Part shown: positions 9,276 through 17,788 of the stretch, in pieces
Numbering within the stretch: the first letter of the stretch is position 1
Layout: every line of letters starts with the position of its first letter
Origin: Alphaproteobacteria bacterium
GTDB taxonomy: Bacteria > Pseudomonadota > Alphaproteobacteria > UBA828
NCBI GenBank assembly: GCA_965221125.1
Contig: CBDCRW010000006.1
Location: forward strand, 320,001 to 384,000
Reading direction: 5' to 3'
Length of the DNA stretch: 64,000 nucleotides
Notes under the pieces: generated by a model
What the model saw: the letters and a program-made list of their open reading frames with translations, nothing else
Databases searched by the model: none
Told to the model about the DNA's origin: nothing
Translations under genes and position numbers: made by a program

Positions 9276-10226
9276 GTGCTGATGGCACGGGTCACGGAAG
9301 CGGCGCCTGACGGCGTCGTCAGGCTGGAGAACCGCTTTGCGGACGGCGCCGCCTTCATCGACGGGGCCTTCGTGCCGATCGCCGAGGCGCGGATACCGAT
9401 CCTCGACTGGGGCTTCACGCGCTCGGACGTCACCTACGACGTGGTGCACGTCTGGGGCGGCAAGTTCTTCCGGCTCGACCATCATCTCGACCGCTTCGAG
9501 AAGAGTCTCGCCAGCGTCCGCATGAGCATTCCCCACGAGCGCGACGAGGTCGTCGCGATCCTGATGCGGCTGATGCGCCTCAGCCAGCTGCGCGAGGCCT
9601 ACGTCGAAGTGCTGTGCACCCGCGGCATGCCGCCCAAGGGCACCCGCGACCCCCGTGCCTGCGAGAACCGCTTCATCGCCTTTGTCATCCCCTTCGTCTG
9701 GATCGCGGACGAGGAGATGCGCGCCCGCGGCATCAACCTGCACCTCAGCTCCTACCTGCGGATTCCGCCGGGCTCGGTCGACCCCACCGCCAAGAACTTC
9801 CACTGGGGCGACATGATCCGCGCGCTGTTCCAGAGCTACGAGCGGGGCTGCGACATGCCGGTGGTCGTCGACCTCGACGGCAACATCGCCGAGGGGCCGG
9901 GCTTCAACGTCTTCGCCGTCAAGGGCGGCACCGCGACGACGCCGGGCGGCACCTGCCTCGAAGGCATCACGCGGCGGACCGCGCTCGACCTCTTGGGCGA
10001 ACTCAACGTGAAAGGGGAGGTCGGCATCGTCTCGCCGGACGACCTGCGCGGCGCCGACGAGGTCTTCGTCACCAGCACGGCGGGCGGCATCCTGCCGGTG
10101 ACGAAGATCGACCACGAGCCGGTGGGGGACGGCGCCGTCGGCCCGGTGACCGAGAGGCTGCGCGCCCTCTACTGGGAGCGGCACGAGGACGACAGCGAGG
10201 CGACGCCGATCGACTACGAGGGCTGA
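9276..10226 (+). CDS. Fold-type IV PLP aminotransferase, probable (R)-selective amine transaminase
   Basis: LDWGFTRSDVTYDVVHVW, FFRLDHHLDRF, AYVEVLCTRG, catalytic K in DPTAKNFHWGD, EGPGFN, LEGITR and TSTAGG. Confidence 0.85.
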   Translation: MLMARVTEAAPDGVVRLENRFADGAAFIDGAFVPIAEARIPILDWGFTRSDVTYDVVHVWGGKFFRLDHHLDRFEKSLASVRMSIPHERDEVVAILMRLMRLSQLREAYVEVLCTRGMPPKGTRDPRACENRFIAFVIPFVWIADEEMRARGINLHLSSYLRIPPGSVDPTAKNFHWGDMIRALFQSYERGCDMPVVVDLDGNIAEGPGFNVFAVKGGTATTPGGTCLEGITRRTALDLLGELNVKGEVGIVSPDDLRGADEVFVTSTAGGILPVTKIDHEPVGDGAVGPVTERLRALYWERHEDDSEATPIDYEG

Positions 10227-10285
10227 GCCGCGGCGCACGGCATCAAGGTCTTCATTCGCCACTGGCCGCGGGCGCGGCGCGCGCC

Positions 10286-11953
10286 ATGATGATCGGCGGC
10301 ATACCGGGGCCCAAGCGCATCGGAGTCGGGCTCGAGGCCAGGGCCGGGCTGCTCCGGGGTGCCGCAACGGTGGGCCGCATCGTCGGCACCACCCTCGGCC
10401 CCGGCGGGCGCGCGGTGCTGATCGAGCGCCGCCATGCCCAGCCCTGGGTCTCCACCGACGGCTACACCATCGCGCGGCACATCGACCTCGAGGACCGCTT
10501 CGAGGACATGGGCGGCCGCCTGATCCGCCACGTCGGCTCGAAGGTGAGCGACGAGGTGGGCGACGGCTCCACCACCGCGATGGTGCTGGCGGCTGCGCTC
10601 ATGGAGGAAGGCCACCGCGCGACCGCCGCCGGCGCCGACCCCATGAGCGTCATGCGGGGGATGGAGCGCGGGCTCGCCGCAGCCACGGAAGCGCTGGACG
10701 CGCAGTCCCGCCCCCTGCCGGCGGAGGGCGGCCTGGAGCGCGTGGCCCGGCTCGCGGCGGGCGGCGACGAGGAGATCGGGCGCCACCTCGCCCATGCCAT
10801 CCGCCGGGTCGGCCCCGACGGGGTGGTGACCATCGAGGAGGCGCAGGGCGTCGAGACCGAGCTCTCGGTGCACGAGGGCATGAGCTTCGACACGGGCTAC
10901 GTCTCGCCCGCCTTCGTCACCGATACGGACGACATGACGGCCACCCTGGAAGACGCCTACGTGCTGATGCACGAGAAGACGATCTCCAGCGTGGACGCGA
11001 TCGAGCCCGCGCTCCGCGCCTTCGCCAAGTCGTCGCACACGCTGCTGATCGTGGCGGAGGACGTAGTGGGCGATGCGCTGGCGACGCTGATCGTCAACAA
11101 GCAGCAGGGTGGGCTCCGCGTCGCCGCGGTCAAGGCGCCGGGCTTCGGGCGCTGGCGCAAGCTCATGCTGGAGGACATCGCGGTCATGACCGGCGGGGAG
11201 ATCGTCACCGACGAGCTCGGCAACAAGCTGGAGAACCTGAAGCCCGCGATGATGGGCGCGGCGAAGCGGGTGCACGTGGCCCGCGACCGCACCGCCATCG
11301 TGGACGGCGCGGGCGATGCCGAGGAGATCGCGCAGCGCTGCAACATGCTGCGGCGCGAGGCGGAGGCCGAGAAATACCTGAGCTTCGACCGCGAGAAGCT
11401 GCAGGAGCGCCTCGCCCGCCTCGCCGCCGCCATCGCGCACTTGCGGCTTGGCGGCGCGACCGAGACGGAGCTCCGCGCGCGGAAGGAACGCGCGACGGAC
11501 GCCTTGAACGCTGCCCGCGCAGCGGCGGCGGAGGGCGTGGTGCCCGGCGGCGGCGTGGCGCTCGTGCAGGCCTCCCGCGCGCTTCGCGACGTCGATGCCC
11601 GCAGCGACGACGAGGCCATGGGCGTCTCTGCGCTGGCGGCGGCACTCAAGGCGCCGATGCGGCGGATCGTGGAGAACGCCGGCGGCGAGGGCACCTACGC
11701 CGTCGCCCGCGCGCTCGCCCAGGACAATCCGCGCTGGGGCTTCGACGCGGCCGCACGGCACTTCCGCGACCTGCCGCGCGCCGGCATCGCCGATCCGACG
11801 CGGGTGGTGCGCACCGCGCTGCGGACGGCCGTCCCGGCCGCAGCCCGCGCCATCGCTGCCGAAGCCGTGATCGCCGGCAGGCCGCAGCCCGCCGAGCCCG
11901 AGACCCAGGCGCTCCCCGAATCGGACCTGCCGGGCGGGCAGAAAGAGGGATAG
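10286..11953 (+). CDS. Divergent GroEL/Cpn60-like chaperonin paralog (555 aa)
   Basis: TLGPGGR, VGDGSTTA, EGMSFDTGYVSP, KAPGFG, KLQERLARL, EGVVPGGG and GIADPTRV motifs. ATG at 10286 within ORF 9614..11953. No GGM tail and no adjacent groES. Confidence 0.9.
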   Translation: MMIGGIPGPKRIGVGLEARAGLLRGAATVGRIVGTTLGPGGRAVLIERRHAQPWVSTDGYTIARHIDLEDRFEDMGGRLIRHVGSKVSDEVGDGSTTAMVLAAALMEEGHRATAAGADPMSVMRGMERGLAAATEALDAQSRPLPAEGGLERVARLAAGGDEEIGRHLAHAIRRVGPDGVVTIEEAQGVETELSVHEGMSFDTGYVSPAFVTDTDDMTATLEDAYVLMHEKTISSVDAIEPALRAFAKSSHTLLIVAEDVVGDALATLIVNKQQGGLRVAAVKAPGFGRWRKLMLEDIAVMTGGEIVTDELGNKLENLKPAMMGAAKRVHVARDRTAIVDGAGDAEEIAQRCNMLRREAEAEKYLSFDREKLQERLARLAAAIAHLRLGGATETELRARKERATDALNAARAAAAEGVVPGGGVALVQASRALRDVDARSDDEAMGVSALAAALKAPMRRIVENAGGEGTYAVARALAQDNPRWGFDAAARHFRDLPRAGIADPTRVVRTALRTAVPAAARAIAAEAVIAGRPQPAEPETQALPESDLPGGQKEG

Positions 11954-12141
11954 AGCGCCGCTGACTTTGACGGACGCGCGATAGGCCGCCCTGCCAGAAC
12001 GTTTCCGTATTGCACGGAAACGCTCTGGCCGTTTGTCGCTCACGGCAGCTGGCCTGCGGCCAGCGCCTCCGCGAGGGCGCCGCATTCGCGGCGGGCCGCT
12101 ATCGCGGCCTAGAACGCGTCCGCAAAAGCGGACGCGTTCTA
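11951..12141. repeat. Multi-hairpin intergenic repeat, copy 2, plus an inverted partial copy
   Basis: 11994-12141 aligns with 6026-6174. 11963-11989 (gactttgacggacgcgcgataggccgc) is the reverse complement of 6136-6162. Begins at the GroEL-like TAG and ends at the MlaC stop (CTA 12139-12141). Confidence 0.9.
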
Positions 12142-12807
12142 TTCCGCCGTGGCGCCGATGGGCGCCTCGATGCGCGCGCGGATGTCGCCGAGCAGGCCGT
12201 TGAAGCCCTTGCGGTTGATGACCGAGGCGAACTCGGCCCGGTGGGTGAGCAACATGCTGATGCCCTCGACGTAGAGGTCGACGACCCGGTGGCCGCCGTC
12301 CCTCGGGCGGACGCGGAAATCGAGCTCGACGGGGTCGGCGCCGGATGGCCGGGACACCTGCGCGCGCACGATGGTGTCGCCGCTCTCGTCGGCGATGGCG
12401 GCGTGCACCGTGAACACCTCGCCGCCGTAGGAGTATGAATCGAACCGGCTCGCGTAAACGCGCGCGAGAAAGTCGAGCAGGACGGCCGTGAATTCCGCGC
12501 GCTGGTCGTCGCTCGCCGTCCGCCAGTGCTTGCCCAGCACGAAGCGGGCAACGATCGGGATGTCGAAGCCCCGGCCCAACACGTCACGGAACGCGACCTC
12601 GCGCTCGGCCAGAGTGCTGTTCGCCTTATCGCCCAGGATGGCCATGACCTCGTCCCCGACACCCTGGACGAAGGCGACCGCCGCGTCGTCCGACGCCGCC
12701 GTCCGCTGCCCTGCGGCCGCGATCATGAGGGCGGCAATCAGGGCGCCGGCCAGCAGGGCGCGCCGGGACAGGCGGCTGAAGCGCTTCGGATTCGATCTTC
12801 GTGACAC
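12139..12807 (-). CDS. mlaC: MlaC/Ttg2D-family phospholipid-binding periplasmic protein
   Basis: FDIPIVARFVLGKHWR and VVDLYVEGISMLLTHRAEFASVI motifs; twin-arginine-like signal SRRALLAG. GTG start at 12807 is inferred. Confidence 0.85.
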   Translation of the reverse strand: MSRRSNPKRFSRLSRRALLAGALIAALMIAAAGQRTAASDDAAVAFVQGVGDEVMAILGDKANSTLAEREVAFRDVLGRGFDIPIVARFVLGKHWRTASDDQRAEFTAVLLDFLARVYASRFDSYSYGGEVFTVHAAIADESGDTIVRAQVSRPSGADPVELDFRVRPRDGGHRVVDLYVEGISMLLTHRAEFASVINRKGFNGLLGDIRARIEAPIGATAE

Positions 12808-12971
12808 TGCGACCGCCCGATTCTCGTCGACCGATAAAATGTATTGCCTTTTGACGTATTCACAACAGCGAGCGGCAAGGGACGCGCAATTAGACTGCAC
12901 CGGCGCATGGCCGCCGTGGCGGAGTCGCTTTCCCTTGCCCGACTGGAGAATCGGGATAATGTTGCGGCGCC

Positions 12972-13727
12972 GTGACACCCGACTCGATCTTCCCGCCGCG
13001 TAGGCGCGCCTGCGTGCGGGTCCTCCTCTTCTCTGTCGCAACCCTGCTTGCGGCAGCGCTCGCCTCGCCGGCGGCGGCCGACCTGCTCGCGGATGGCGCC
13101 GCCTCCTACGAGGCCGGCGACTACGAAGGAGCCGCGAAGGCCTGGCGTCCGCTCGCCGAGGGGGGCGACGCGATGGCCCAGTTCAACCTGGGCCTCCTGC
13201 ACGAGACCGGGCGCGGCGTGGCCGAGGATGCGGCCGCGGCGGCGGCCTGGTACGAGCGTGCGGCCCTGCAGGGCGTGACCCAGGCGCAGTTCAATCTGGC
13301 GTTGCTGCACCAGACCGGGCGCGGCGTGGAGCAGGACGGAGAAGAGGCGCTCTACTGGCTCGAGGTCGCGGCCCGGCATGGCGAGGGCGCCGAGGGCGAG
13401 CAGGCAGCCGACGCGGCGGCCCGGCTGGCCGAGATTCTGCCGCCAGAACAGGTGGACGAGGCCCGCACCCGCGCCGCCGATTTCGCGCCGCGCGCGCAGG
13501 AAGCGCCGACCCTGGCCGGGGCGACGACGTTGATCCTCTCGGACAGCCAGGTCGCGGAGCTGCAGCGCCGGCTCGCGGCCCACGGCTACGATCCGGGGCC
13601 TGCGGACGGCGTGCCCGGAGAGCAGACGCGGCGCGCCGTGCGCCGCTACCTCGCCGACCGGGGCGTCGAATGGTCGGCGGGCGAGAATTTGTCGCAGCGC
13701 CTGCTGGACCTCGTCCCCGCGCCCTAA
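12972..13727 (+). CDS. Secreted Sel1-repeat protein with C-terminal peptidoglycan-binding domain
   Basis: Signal peptide; repeats AQFNLGLLHETGRGV and AQFNLALLHQTGRGV; LQRRLAAHGYDPGPADGVPGEQTRRA (PG_binding_1). Confidence 0.85.
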   Translation: MTPDSIFPPRRRACVRVLLFSVATLLAAALASPAAADLLADGAASYEAGDYEGAAKAWRPLAEGGDAMAQFNLGLLHETGRGVAEDAAAAAAWYERAALQGVTQAQFNLALLHQTGRGVEQDGEEALYWLEVAARHGEGAEGEQAADAAARLAEILPPEQVDEARTRAADFAPRAQEAPTLAGATTLILSDSQVAELQRRLAAHGYDPGPADGVPGEQTRRAVRRYLADRGVEWSAGENLSQRLLDLVPAP

Positions 13728-13778
13728 CCCCCAGCACTCTCCATTATGGGCCCGTGGCGGGCCGTGCGGGAGGGAGAC

Positions 13779-14615
13779 GTGAGCGACGCAAGCGCGATCA
13801 CCGGCCACTACACGAGCGGCGACCTGCTGGCGCGGCTGGAGGCGAGGCTGCGGGAGGACGGCGCCGATCCCGCGCGGCCGACCGCCGAGGCGCTCGCGCC
13901 CTACGATCATTTCCACGGCCGCGGGCTGGAGGCGACCGAGGACATGGCGGGGCTGCTCCGGGTCGCGGAGACGGACCACATCCTCGATGTCGGCAGCGGC
14001 CTCGGCGGGCCCGCGCGCTACATGGCGAGGCGCTTCGGCTGCCGGGTCAGCGGGGTCGACCTGACGGCGGAGTTCTGCGACGTGGCCCGCCACCTGAACG
14101 CGCTGCTCGGGCTGGAGGATCGGGTCTCGATCGCGCACGGCGATGCGCTCGCGATGCCCTTCGGCGACGGGGCGTTCGACGGCGCCTATTCCATGAACGT
14201 CTCCATGAACATCGCCGACAAGCGCGCGCTCTACCGCGAGATCCACCGCGTGCTCAGGCCGGGCGCCTGGCTGATGCTGTCGGAGGTGGCGCAAGGGCCG
14301 GGCGGCGCGCCGGACTTCCCGACGCCCTGGGCGCACACAGCGTCGTCGAGTTTCCTCTCGACCGAGGCGGAGACCCGCGCGAACCTCGCGGCCTGCGGCT
14401 TCGCGATCGAGAGCCTGCGCGATACGACGGACGTGGCGCTGGCCTACGGCGCCCGCTCCCGCGCGCTGGTCGAAGCGGGCGGAAAGCCGTCGCACCGCGC
14501 GGTCTCGCTGATCCACGGCGCGCTCGCCGAGGATGCCGCCGCAAATTCCGCCCGCGCGCTCAAGGAACGCCGGGCGGTGCCGATCGAGCTGGTCTGCCGC
14601 AAGGCGGCACGCTGA
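13779..14615 (+). CDS. Class I SAM-dependent methyltransferase (sarcosine/dimethylglycine MT-like)
   Basis: DHFHGRG, ILDVGSGLGGPAR, GVDLT, GDALAMPF and RVLRPG. GTG at 13779 follows a GGGAG RBS. Confidence 0.85.
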   Translation: MSDASAITGHYTSGDLLARLEARLREDGADPARPTAEALAPYDHFHGRGLEATEDMAGLLRVAETDHILDVGSGLGGPARYMARRFGCRVSGVDLTAEFCDVARHLNALLGLEDRVSIAHGDALAMPFGDGAFDGAYSMNVSMNIADKRALYREIHRVLRPGAWLMLSEVAQGPGGAPDFPTPWAHTASSSFLSTEAETRANLAACGFAIESLRDTTDVALAYGARSRALVEAGGKPSHRAVSLIHGALAEDAAANSARALKERRAVPIELVCRKAAR

Positions 14616-15117
14616 GCCACGTCCGCCGGCCGACGCCGGCCAGGATCGTCAACAGATCGCCGAGGGCGACGGCGACGCAGCCCGCCGTCGGCGCATAGTC
14701 GGGCTGGGCCACGTGGAGGAACACGGCGCTCCCCTGCCCCGGCACCGGCGGCGCGTCGTTGTGGCCGAGAATGACGATCAGGTCGTAGACGCGGTCCGCG
14801 CGCCAGAGCTCCTCGTGGCTCGCCGCGTGCGGCAGGCGGACCGGCCGGTTGTAGAGGGGGTGGCCGGGATCGTCGCACCAGCCATCGCGCGGGCCGAGCG
14901 GGGCGATGGGAAGCGCCGTCCGGGGCGGGGCCAGCCGGTCCGGCCGGTAGAGCACCCGGCGGAGCGGAAAGCGGCCGGCGGGCGTGCCCCCGTCGCCCTC
15001 GCGCTTGTTGGGGCGGACCCCGCCCCAGCCGATCGCGCAGGCGAAGCGCCGCGCGCCCCAGCAGAGAGTTCCGGGCGGGCGGACGACGAGGTCGGCGTCT
15101 GCGGTCGGCAGGCTCAC
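14560..15117 (-). CDS. L,D-transpeptidase (YkuD) family protein
   Basis: [16 protein letters not shown]...YN and GSAVFLH...PTAGCVA catalytic motif. GTG start overlaps the rnhB stop (GTGA). Confidence 0.85.
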   Translation of the reverse strand: MSLPTADADLVVRPPGTLCWGARRFACAIGWGGVRPNKREGDGGTPAGRFPLRRVLYRPDRLAPPRTALPIAPLGPRDGWCDDPGHPLYNRPVRLPHAASHEELWRADRVYDLIVILGHNDAPPVPGQGSAVFLHVAQPDYAPTAGCVAVALGDLLTILAGVGRRTWLSVPPCGRPARSAPPGVP

Positions 15118-15752
15118 GCACCGCCCTCCAGAAGCGCGCAGATGGGGCGAAACGACCGCCGGTGGTGCGCCGTGACCCCGAGCCGCGCAAGCCCGGCCTG
15201 GTGCTCCGCCGTGCCGTAGCCTGCGTTGCGCTCCCACCCATAGCCGGGATGCTCCAGCGCGAGGCGCGTCATCAGGCGGTCACGCGCGACCTTGGCGACG
15301 ATCGAGGCCGCAGCGATGGAGAGGCTCGCGCGATCGCCGCCCACCACCGTCCGCACCGCGCACGGCAGCCGGGGCGCGCGGTTGCCGTCCACCAGCGCAA
15401 GGTCGGGCGGATGGGCGAGACGGACGACGGCGCGGCGCATGGCGAGCAGGGTTGCTTGCAGGATGTTCATGGCGTCGATCTCGGCGACGCTCGCGATGCC
15501 GAGGGCGGCATCGGCGCAGGCCAGGATCGCCGGCTGGAGCGCGGCGCGGCGTTCCGCTCTCAGCATCTTGGAATCGGTGATCGCGGCGCGCAGCGCCTCC
15601 GGCGGGCCGCCCGCGGCGAAGACCACCGCCGCAGCGACCACGGGCCCGGCCCAGGGGCCACGGCCGGCCTCGTCGACCCCGGCCACGCGCCCGCCCGCCG
15701 CGTCTTCGAGCGACAGGTCGGGGCGGTCCCGCTGGCGGCGCTTCCCTGCCAT
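15114..15752 (-). CDS. rnhB: Ribonuclease HII
   Basis: [41 protein letters not shown] and HRRSFRP. Confidence 0.95.
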   Translation of the reverse strand: MAGKRRQRDRPDLSLEDAAGGRVAGVDEAGRGPWAGPVVAAAVVFAAGGPPEALRAAITDSKMLRAERRAALQPAILACADAALGIASVAEIDAMNILQATLLAMRRAVVRLAHPPDLALVDGNRAPRLPCAVRTVVGGDRASLSIAAASIVAKVARDRLMTRLALEHPGYGWERNAGYGTAEHQAGLARLGVTAHHRRSFRPICALLEGGA

Positions 15753-15790
15753 GAAACCGTTCTAACACGACCGGCGCGCGGGTCGGCGGA

Positions 15791-16855
15791 TCAGAAGAGG
15801 GTGAGTTGCGCGGGGTCGCGGGCGGGCGGGCGGAAGCGGCCGGTGTCGAGCGTGGGGCCCTTGCGCTTCAGCCCGAGGCGCCGGGTGGCGGCGGCGAAGC
15901 GGGCGGCGATCAGCTCCGCGTAGGGGCCGCTGCCGGACATGCGGGTGCCGAAGTTGGGGTCGTTGAGCCGGCCCGCGCGCATGCCCTGCAGTAGGGAGAC
16001 GACGCGCTTTGCCTTGTTCGGCGCATGGACCGAGAGCCATTCCAGGAAAAGCTCGCGCACCTCACGCGGCAGGCGCAGGACGACATAGCCGGCACGGTCC
16101 GCGCCCGCATCGCTCGCGGCCTCGAGGATCGATTCGATCTCGTGGTCGGTGAGGCCCGGCACGATGGGCGCCACGATCACGCCCACCGGCACGCCGGCCT
16201 CGCGGAGGGCTCGGATGGCCTCCAGCCGCTTCGCTGGCGTCGACGCGCGCGGCTCCATGGTGCGGGCGAGGTCGCGGTCCCGCGTCGTGACCGAGAGCGA
16301 GACAGTGGCCAGCCTGCGCCGGGCCATGCGGGAGAGGATGTCCGCGTCCCGCGTCACCAGCGCCGACTTGGTGACGATGCCGACCGGGTGGTCGTAGCGC
16401 TCCAGCACCTCGAGGACGCCCCGTGTGAGCGCGAGGCGGCGCTCGGTCGGCTGATAGGGGTCGGTGTTGGTGCCCATGGCGATCATCCGGCACTGGTAGC
16501 CGGGCCGCGCCAGCTCGCGCTCGAGCTGCGCCGGCGCATCGTGCTTCGCGAAGATGCGGCTCTCGAAGTCCTGGCCGGGCGAAAGGCCGAGATAGGCGTG
16601 CGTCGGGCGCGCGTAGCAATAGACGCAGCCGTGCTCGCAGCCGCGATAGACGTTGATGGAGCGGTCGAAGCCGATGTCGGGGGACTCGTTCCGCGTGATC
16701 ACCGTGCGGCTGGTGTCGGGGCGCACCTCGGTGCGAAGCGGCGCCTCTGCTTCGTCGATGGTGCCCCAGCCGTCGTCGAACGCCTCGCGCCGGTGGCGCT
16801 CGTAGCGCCCGCTCCGGTTGCTCGCGGCCCCCCGCCCCTTGCGCGCGTCCCTCAT
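15791..16855 (-). CDS. PA0069-family radical SAM protein (SplB-like, DNA-repair associated)
   Basis: SPDIGFDRSINVYRGCEHGCVYCYARPTH (CxxxCxxC), GTNTDPYQP, and C-terminal QLTLF resembling a beta-clamp motif. Confidence 0.9.
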   Translation of the reverse strand: MRDARKGRGAASNRSGRYERHRREAFDDGWGTIDEAEAPLRTEVRPDTSRTVITRNESPDIGFDRSINVYRGCEHGCVYCYARPTHAYLGLSPGQDFESRIFAKHDAPAQLERELARPGYQCRMIAMGTNTDPYQPTERRLALTRGVLEVLERYDHPVGIVTKSALVTRDADILSRMARRRLATVSLSVTTRDRDLARTMEPRASTPAKRLEAIRALREAGVPVGVIVAPIVPGLTDHEIESILEAASDAGADRAGYVVLRLPREVRELFLEWLSVHAPNKAKRVVSLLQGMRAGRLNDPNFGTRMSGSGPYAELIAARFAAATRRLGLKRKGPTLDTGRFRPPARDPAQLTLF

Positions 16856-16879
16856 CGCCACAGCATACGTGGCACGAGA

Positions 16880-16894
16880 GAACATTACAAGAAC
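16880..16894 (-). promoter_or_regulatory. Alphaproteobacterial LexA (SOS) box
   Basis: GAACattacaaGAAC (GTTC-N7-GTTC on the minus strand), about 25 bp upstream of the radical SAM start. Confidence 0.8.
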
Positions 16895-16934
16895 ATTCGC
16901 GCGGAGGCCTCGTGCCGGGCCATGCTCGTGTCGG

Positions 16935-17783
16935 CTACGAGCGAATGCCGCGCAGCCGCTCGCTCCGCCGGCGCAGGAGCTCCACCATCGTGAGTAGCAC
17001 GATGGATATGAAGACGAGGAGCGTGGCGACCGCCAGGATGGTCGGGCGGATTTCTTCTCGGATGCCGGAGAACATCTTCCACGGGATCGTTCGCTGCTCC
17101 ACGGAGCCGACGAAGAGCACGACCACGACCTCGTCGAACGAGGTGATGAAGGCGAGCAGCGCGCCGGATATGACGCCGGGCAGGATCAGCGGCACGATGA
17201 CGACGAAGAAGGTCCGCGTCGGGCTCGAGCCGAGGCTCGCGGCGGCCCGGGTGAGCGAGTGGTCGAAGCCCACGAGCGTCGCCGTCACGGTGATGATGAC
17301 GAACGGGATGCCCAGAGCCGCGTGGGCCATGATGACGCCGAAGTGGGTCGAGGCGAGGCCGATCCGCGCGTAGAAGAAATACATCCCGGCGGCGGAGATG
17401 ATGAGCGGGACGATCATCGGCGAGATCAGCAACGCCATGATCGTCTTTCTGAACGGCATCTCGGGCCGGCTCAGTCCCAGTGCTGCCAGGGTGCCGAGGA
17501 AGGTCGAGATGAGGGTGGCGAAGACCGCGATGAGGAAGCTGTTCTGCACCGCTCTCTGCCAGGAATCCTCGGCAAAGAACTCGCGGTACCACTTGGTGCT
17601 GTAGCCTTCTGGATCGAAGGCGAGCATTTCCGGCGTGAAGGTGAAGTAGGGCAGCTCGTTGAAGCTGAGCGGGATGATGACGAAGATGGGGCCGACCAGA
17701 AAGATGAAGATCAGCACGCAGATCGTCCGGAACGAGTAGTACCAGGTTCGTTCGGACGGCGTGGCGTGCAGCGGCGGCGGCAT
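16935..17783 (-). CDS. Polyamine/opine-type ABC permease (PotC-like)
   Basis: ISPMIVPLII, AAASLGSSP and FITSFDEVVV; multiple TM segments. ATG at 17783. Confidence 0.9.
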   Translation of the reverse strand: MPPPLHATPSERTWYYSFRTICVLIFIFLVGPIFVIIPLSFNELPYFTFTPEMLAFDPEGYSTKWYREFFAEDSWQRAVQNSFLIAVFATLISTFLGTLAALGLSRPEMPFRKTIMALLISPMIVPLIISAAGMYFFYARIGLASTHFGVIMAHAALGIPFVIITVTATLVGFDHSLTRAAASLGSSPTRTFFVVIVPLILPGVISGALLAFITSFDEVVVVLFVGSVEQRTIPWKMFSGIREEIRPTILAVATLLVFISIVLLTMVELLRRRSERLRGIRS

Positions 17784-17788
17784 GAGCG

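Noticed and set aside
9614-10285. 224-aa N-terminal extension on the GroEL-like ORF
   Set aside because: It is an alternate frame of the transaminase gene; GroEL similarity begins at ATG 10286.
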